From assembly GCA_963745035.1 (NCBI GenBank), contig CAVUVW010000002.1, forward strand, positions 160,001-224,000: a DNA stretch of 64,000 nt. The letters are read 5' to 3'. Of the stretch, positions 61,474 to 64,000 are shown in pieces. This stretch comes from an uncultured delta proteobacterium. GTDB lineage: Bacteria > Desulfobacterota > Binatia > UBA9968. The translations under genes and the position numbers were made by a program. How positions within the stretch are numbered: position 1 is the first letter of the stretch; each line of letters starts with the position of its first letter. Under the pieces are notes generated by a model. The model made no database searches. It worked only from the letters and a program-made list of their open reading frames with translations, and was not told where the DNA came from.

Positions 61474-62934
61474 GTGAAAGCACTGCAATTCGAAGAGCTC
61501 AAATCATTGGACCTGCAAAAATGCGCGAGCGTCGGCGATATCGTCGCCGGCCTGCGCTACTGCGCCTTTGGCGCGCGCATGCTCGGTGAAGCCGCGGAGA
61601 CGATTTACCAGATGGCAACGGCGAAAGACCGGCCGGTGCTCGTCTACGACGGACTGGAAGGGTCGCCGTTGGGGCGTCTCCTCGAAGGTCTGGTCCGAAA
61701 ACGGCGGTTTCGTAAGATCGTCACGCCGGCGCGCTTCGCCAAATCCAAGAGCGGCGCGGAAAACTTCTTGGTTGTCGGAGGTTTTTCCGAAAGGGACGCG
61801 GAAGCGATCTACAAAAAGAAGGGCCGCGCGATCTTCATCAATTCCTTTGACATGGCGCGGCCCGGGCAGGTTCGCGACGGCTATTTTCCCGACGCCGTAT
61901 TCGCCGATCCGCGCTACGTTATGCCGATCATCGATGCCGCCCTCGACGAGTGGATCGAGCACAAGGCCAGCTCGATCGGCTCGCTGATGGCCAAGCTGGC
62001 GTCGTACGGCGGGCTGGCGGCTCAGGTGGCGCGCGGCGCAAAGGCGCTCGAAGCGATGGCCAATGATAAAAACTGCGCGCGCTTTCTTACCATCAGCGGC
62101 GCGATGACCGTCGGTAAAATGGATCTGGTGATCTGCGACATGATCGAGCAGGGCTGGATTCATGCGATCTCCTCGACCGGCGCATTGATGGCGCACGGCC
62201 TGGTCTCCTCGATCGGGCTCAAACATTACAAATACAACCCCAAATACAACGACACCGAGCTGGCGCGGCGCAAGCTCAATCGCGTAACCGACACCTTGGA
62301 GCCCGAGACCAATCTCGACACGGTCGAAGAGGTGATCGGCCAAGTCATCGACAAGATCGACGGCAGCCGGCCGCTCAGCCCGACCGAATTGAACAGGCTC
62401 ATCGGGAAGCACCTGGCGGAGAATTATCCGAACGAGCGCGGCATTCTCAAATCGGCCTACGTCCACCGGGTGCCGGTGTTCGTGCCCGCGTTCGTCGATT
62501 CGGAGCTCGGCAACGACATTTACATTCACAACATGAAGCGGCGGCGGCGCGGCAAGAAATCGATCCTGATGGACCTGGAGCGCGACAGCAAAGTGTTGAT
62601 CGATATCGTGACCGGCTCCAGGCGTTTCGGCATCTTCACCATCGGCGGCGGCGTGCCGCGCAACAACGTGCAGAACGTGGCGCCGCTGATCGAGATCATC
62701 AACGAGCGCCTCGGCCCGACGTTCCCCAACCGGCGCTTCAGCTACGGCGTGAGGATCTGCCCGGACCGGCCGCACTTCGGCCATCTGTCCGGCTGCACCT
62801 ACTCGGAGAACGAATCCTGGCGCAAGGCGGACAAGAACGGCATCTACGCCGAGATGATCGCGGACGCCACCCAGGTGTGGCCGTTTCTGGTGAAGTTTCT
62901 CATGGAGCGCCGGTCCGCTGCGCGAGGAAAGTAA
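61474..62934 (+). CDS. Deoxyhypusine-synthase family protein (DHS/SpeY-like) with an extra N-terminal module
   Basis: TISGAMT, STGALMAHG, VPAFVDSELG, IGGGVPRN, GHLSGCTYSENESWRK and ADAT. Confidence 0.88.
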   Translation: MKALQFEELKSLDLQKCASVGDIVAGLRYCAFGARMLGEAAETIYQMATAKDRPVLVYDGLEGSPLGRLLEGLVRKRRFRKIVTPARFAKSKSGAENFLVVGGFSERDAEAIYKKKGRAIFINSFDMARPGQVRDGYFPDAVFADPRYVMPIIDAALDEWIEHKASSIGSLMAKLASYGGLAAQVARGAKALEAMANDKNCARFLTISGAMTVGKMDLVICDMIEQGWIHAISSTGALMAHGLVSSIGLKHYKYNPKYNDTELARRKLNRVTDTLEPETNLDTVEEVIGQVIDKIDGSRPLSPTELNRLIGKHLAENYPNERGILKSAYVHRVPVFVPAFVDSELGNDIYIHNMKRRRRGKKSILMDLERDSKVLIDIVTGSRRFGIFTIGGGVPRNNVQNVAPLIEIINERLGPTFPNRRFSYGVRICPDRPHFGHLSGCTYSENESWRKADKNGIYAEMIADATQVWPFLVKFLMERRSAARGK

Positions 62935-63020
62935 CAACGAGGACTGCGCTCTACAGCTGTTTTTCCGTGTTCAATTGCTTCTGTCAGTTTGCTCGGGACG
63001 ATAGAAAGCGAGACCAATTT

Positions 63021-64000
63021 ATGAAGAACGTCCGGCCGCATCGGATCTATCTTGCGCTCACGCTGGGTTTTTTGCTCTTCGGTTTGGCTGGGCTCGCCGG
63101 CGCAGCTGAGTCCAAGCCTGTGGGCCAGGCCGAATGGGACAAGACGGTCAAAGCGGCGGAGGAAGAAGGCGCGCTGACGATCTACATGACGCAGGCCTTC
63201 GAGCCGGTGTTCCGCGAGGCGTTCCAGAAGAAATTTCCCAAGATCAAAGTCAGCACGGTGGTCGGCCGCGGCTTTCAGCTCGGCCAGCGGGTGATGAGCG
63301 AGCGGCGCGCCGAGAAGTACATCGTCGATTTTTGCCTCACCGGCAACATCACGCCGGTGACGGTATTCTACAAAGCGAAGATCCTCGAGCCGGTAAAGCC
63401 GCTGCTCGCGCTCCCCGAGATCACCAACGAGGCGCTCTGGTTCGAGGGGAAGCATCACTACTACGACCCGGAGAATCGCTACGTCTTCGCCTTCGAAGGG
63501 ACGCCGCGCAGCGGCGAGCTGACGTATAACACCAAGCTCGTCAATCCGAGCGATATCCGTTCGTTTTGGCAGCTCCTGGAGCCGAAGTGGAAGGGGAAGA
63601 TCGTCACCATCGATCCGCTCGTCGCCGGGCCGATCAATTCCGCGCAGATTCTTTTTTACAAGCATCCCGATCTCGGTCCCGAATTTTTGAAGCGGCTTTA
63701 CGGCGAAACTAACATGACGATCGTCCGCTCCGACGAGCAGCTCATGGATTGGCTCAGCACCGGCAAGTATGCCTTGGGCTTCGGCGCGCGCGACGTTGAC
63801 AAAGCGATGATGCAGGGTTTGCCGATCAATGCTTTCCTGCCAAACCACATGAAAGAGGGTTCGTCGCTGGCGACCTACAACGGCACGTTGAGTTACTTCA
63901 ACCGCGCGCCGCATCCCAACGCCGCGAAGCTGGCGATCAATTGGCTGCTGTCCAAGGAAGGCCAGAGCACCTGGCTCGACTACAACGCCAAAAGCGCGGG
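63021..64000 (+). CDS. ABC transporter substrate-binding protein, partial (runs off window end)
   Basis: Hand translation: signal peptide, EWDKTVKAAEEEGALTIY, LLEPKWKGKI and APHPNAAKLAINWLLS. Confidence 0.88.
   Translation, partial: MKNVRPHRIYLALTLGFLLFGLAGLAGAAESKPVGQAEWDKTVKAAEEEGALTIYMTQAFEPVFREAFQKKFPKIKVSTVVGRGFQLGQRVMSERRAEKYIVDFCLTGNITPVTVFYKAKILEPVKPLLALPEITNEALWFEGKHHYYDPENRYVFAFEGTPRSGELTYNTKLVNPSDIRSFWQLLEPKWKGKIVTIDPLVAGPINSAQILFYKHPDLGPEFLKRLYGETNMTIVRSDEQLMDWLSTGKYALGFGARDVDKAMMQGLPINAFLPNHMKEGSSLATYNGTLSYFNRAPHPNAAKLAINWLLSKEGQSTWLDYNAKSA

Noticed and set aside
57668-63914. Long opposite-strand ORFs (57668-59017, 61504-62937, 62844-63914; likewise 34085-35419 and 48803-49993)
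   Set aside because: Antisense shadows of recognisable genes, expected in GC-rich DNA

Overview
A 64 kb GC-rich bacterial chromosomal segment. The gene content (amidohydrolase-2, LLM oxidoreductase, MmgE/PrpD, family III CoA-transferase, LigAB-like dioxygenase, orphan Fe/thiamine-type ABC binding proteins) resembles soil Candidatus Binatia/Deltaproteobacteria-like genomes; this placement is inference. Housekeeping genes (murJ, nth, lnt, CoA Nudix) are interspersed with aromatic/redox catabolic genes and two accessory stretches. The first (about 15-22 kb) holds an apparently all-exported module (lipoprotein alpha/beta hydrolase, two Cys-rich signal-peptide SAM-methyltransferase-fold paralogs, a SEL1 protein) plus a repeat beta-propeller protein. 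The second (about 25-43 kb) starts at a truncated tupC and carries stress/carbohydrate genes, gene remnants and several microproteins missed by the ORF track. Main observations: (1) an AhpD/CMD-family gene with an in-frame UGA in a CxxU motif followed by a SECIS-like hairpin, probably a selenoprotein; (2) the exported hydrolase/methyltransferase/SEL1 module; (3) a 168-bp inverted-repeat element inserted in frame into the SEL1 signal peptide; (4) a 49-aa protein with a textbook C2H2 zinc finger next to a second Cys-rich small protein; (5) a deoxyhypusine-synthase-like protein with a degenerate duplicated N-terminal module. About nine single-base frameshifts, one in essential murJ, look like long-read indel errors. 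No rRNA, tRNA, CRISPR array, integrase or intact transposase was recognised.
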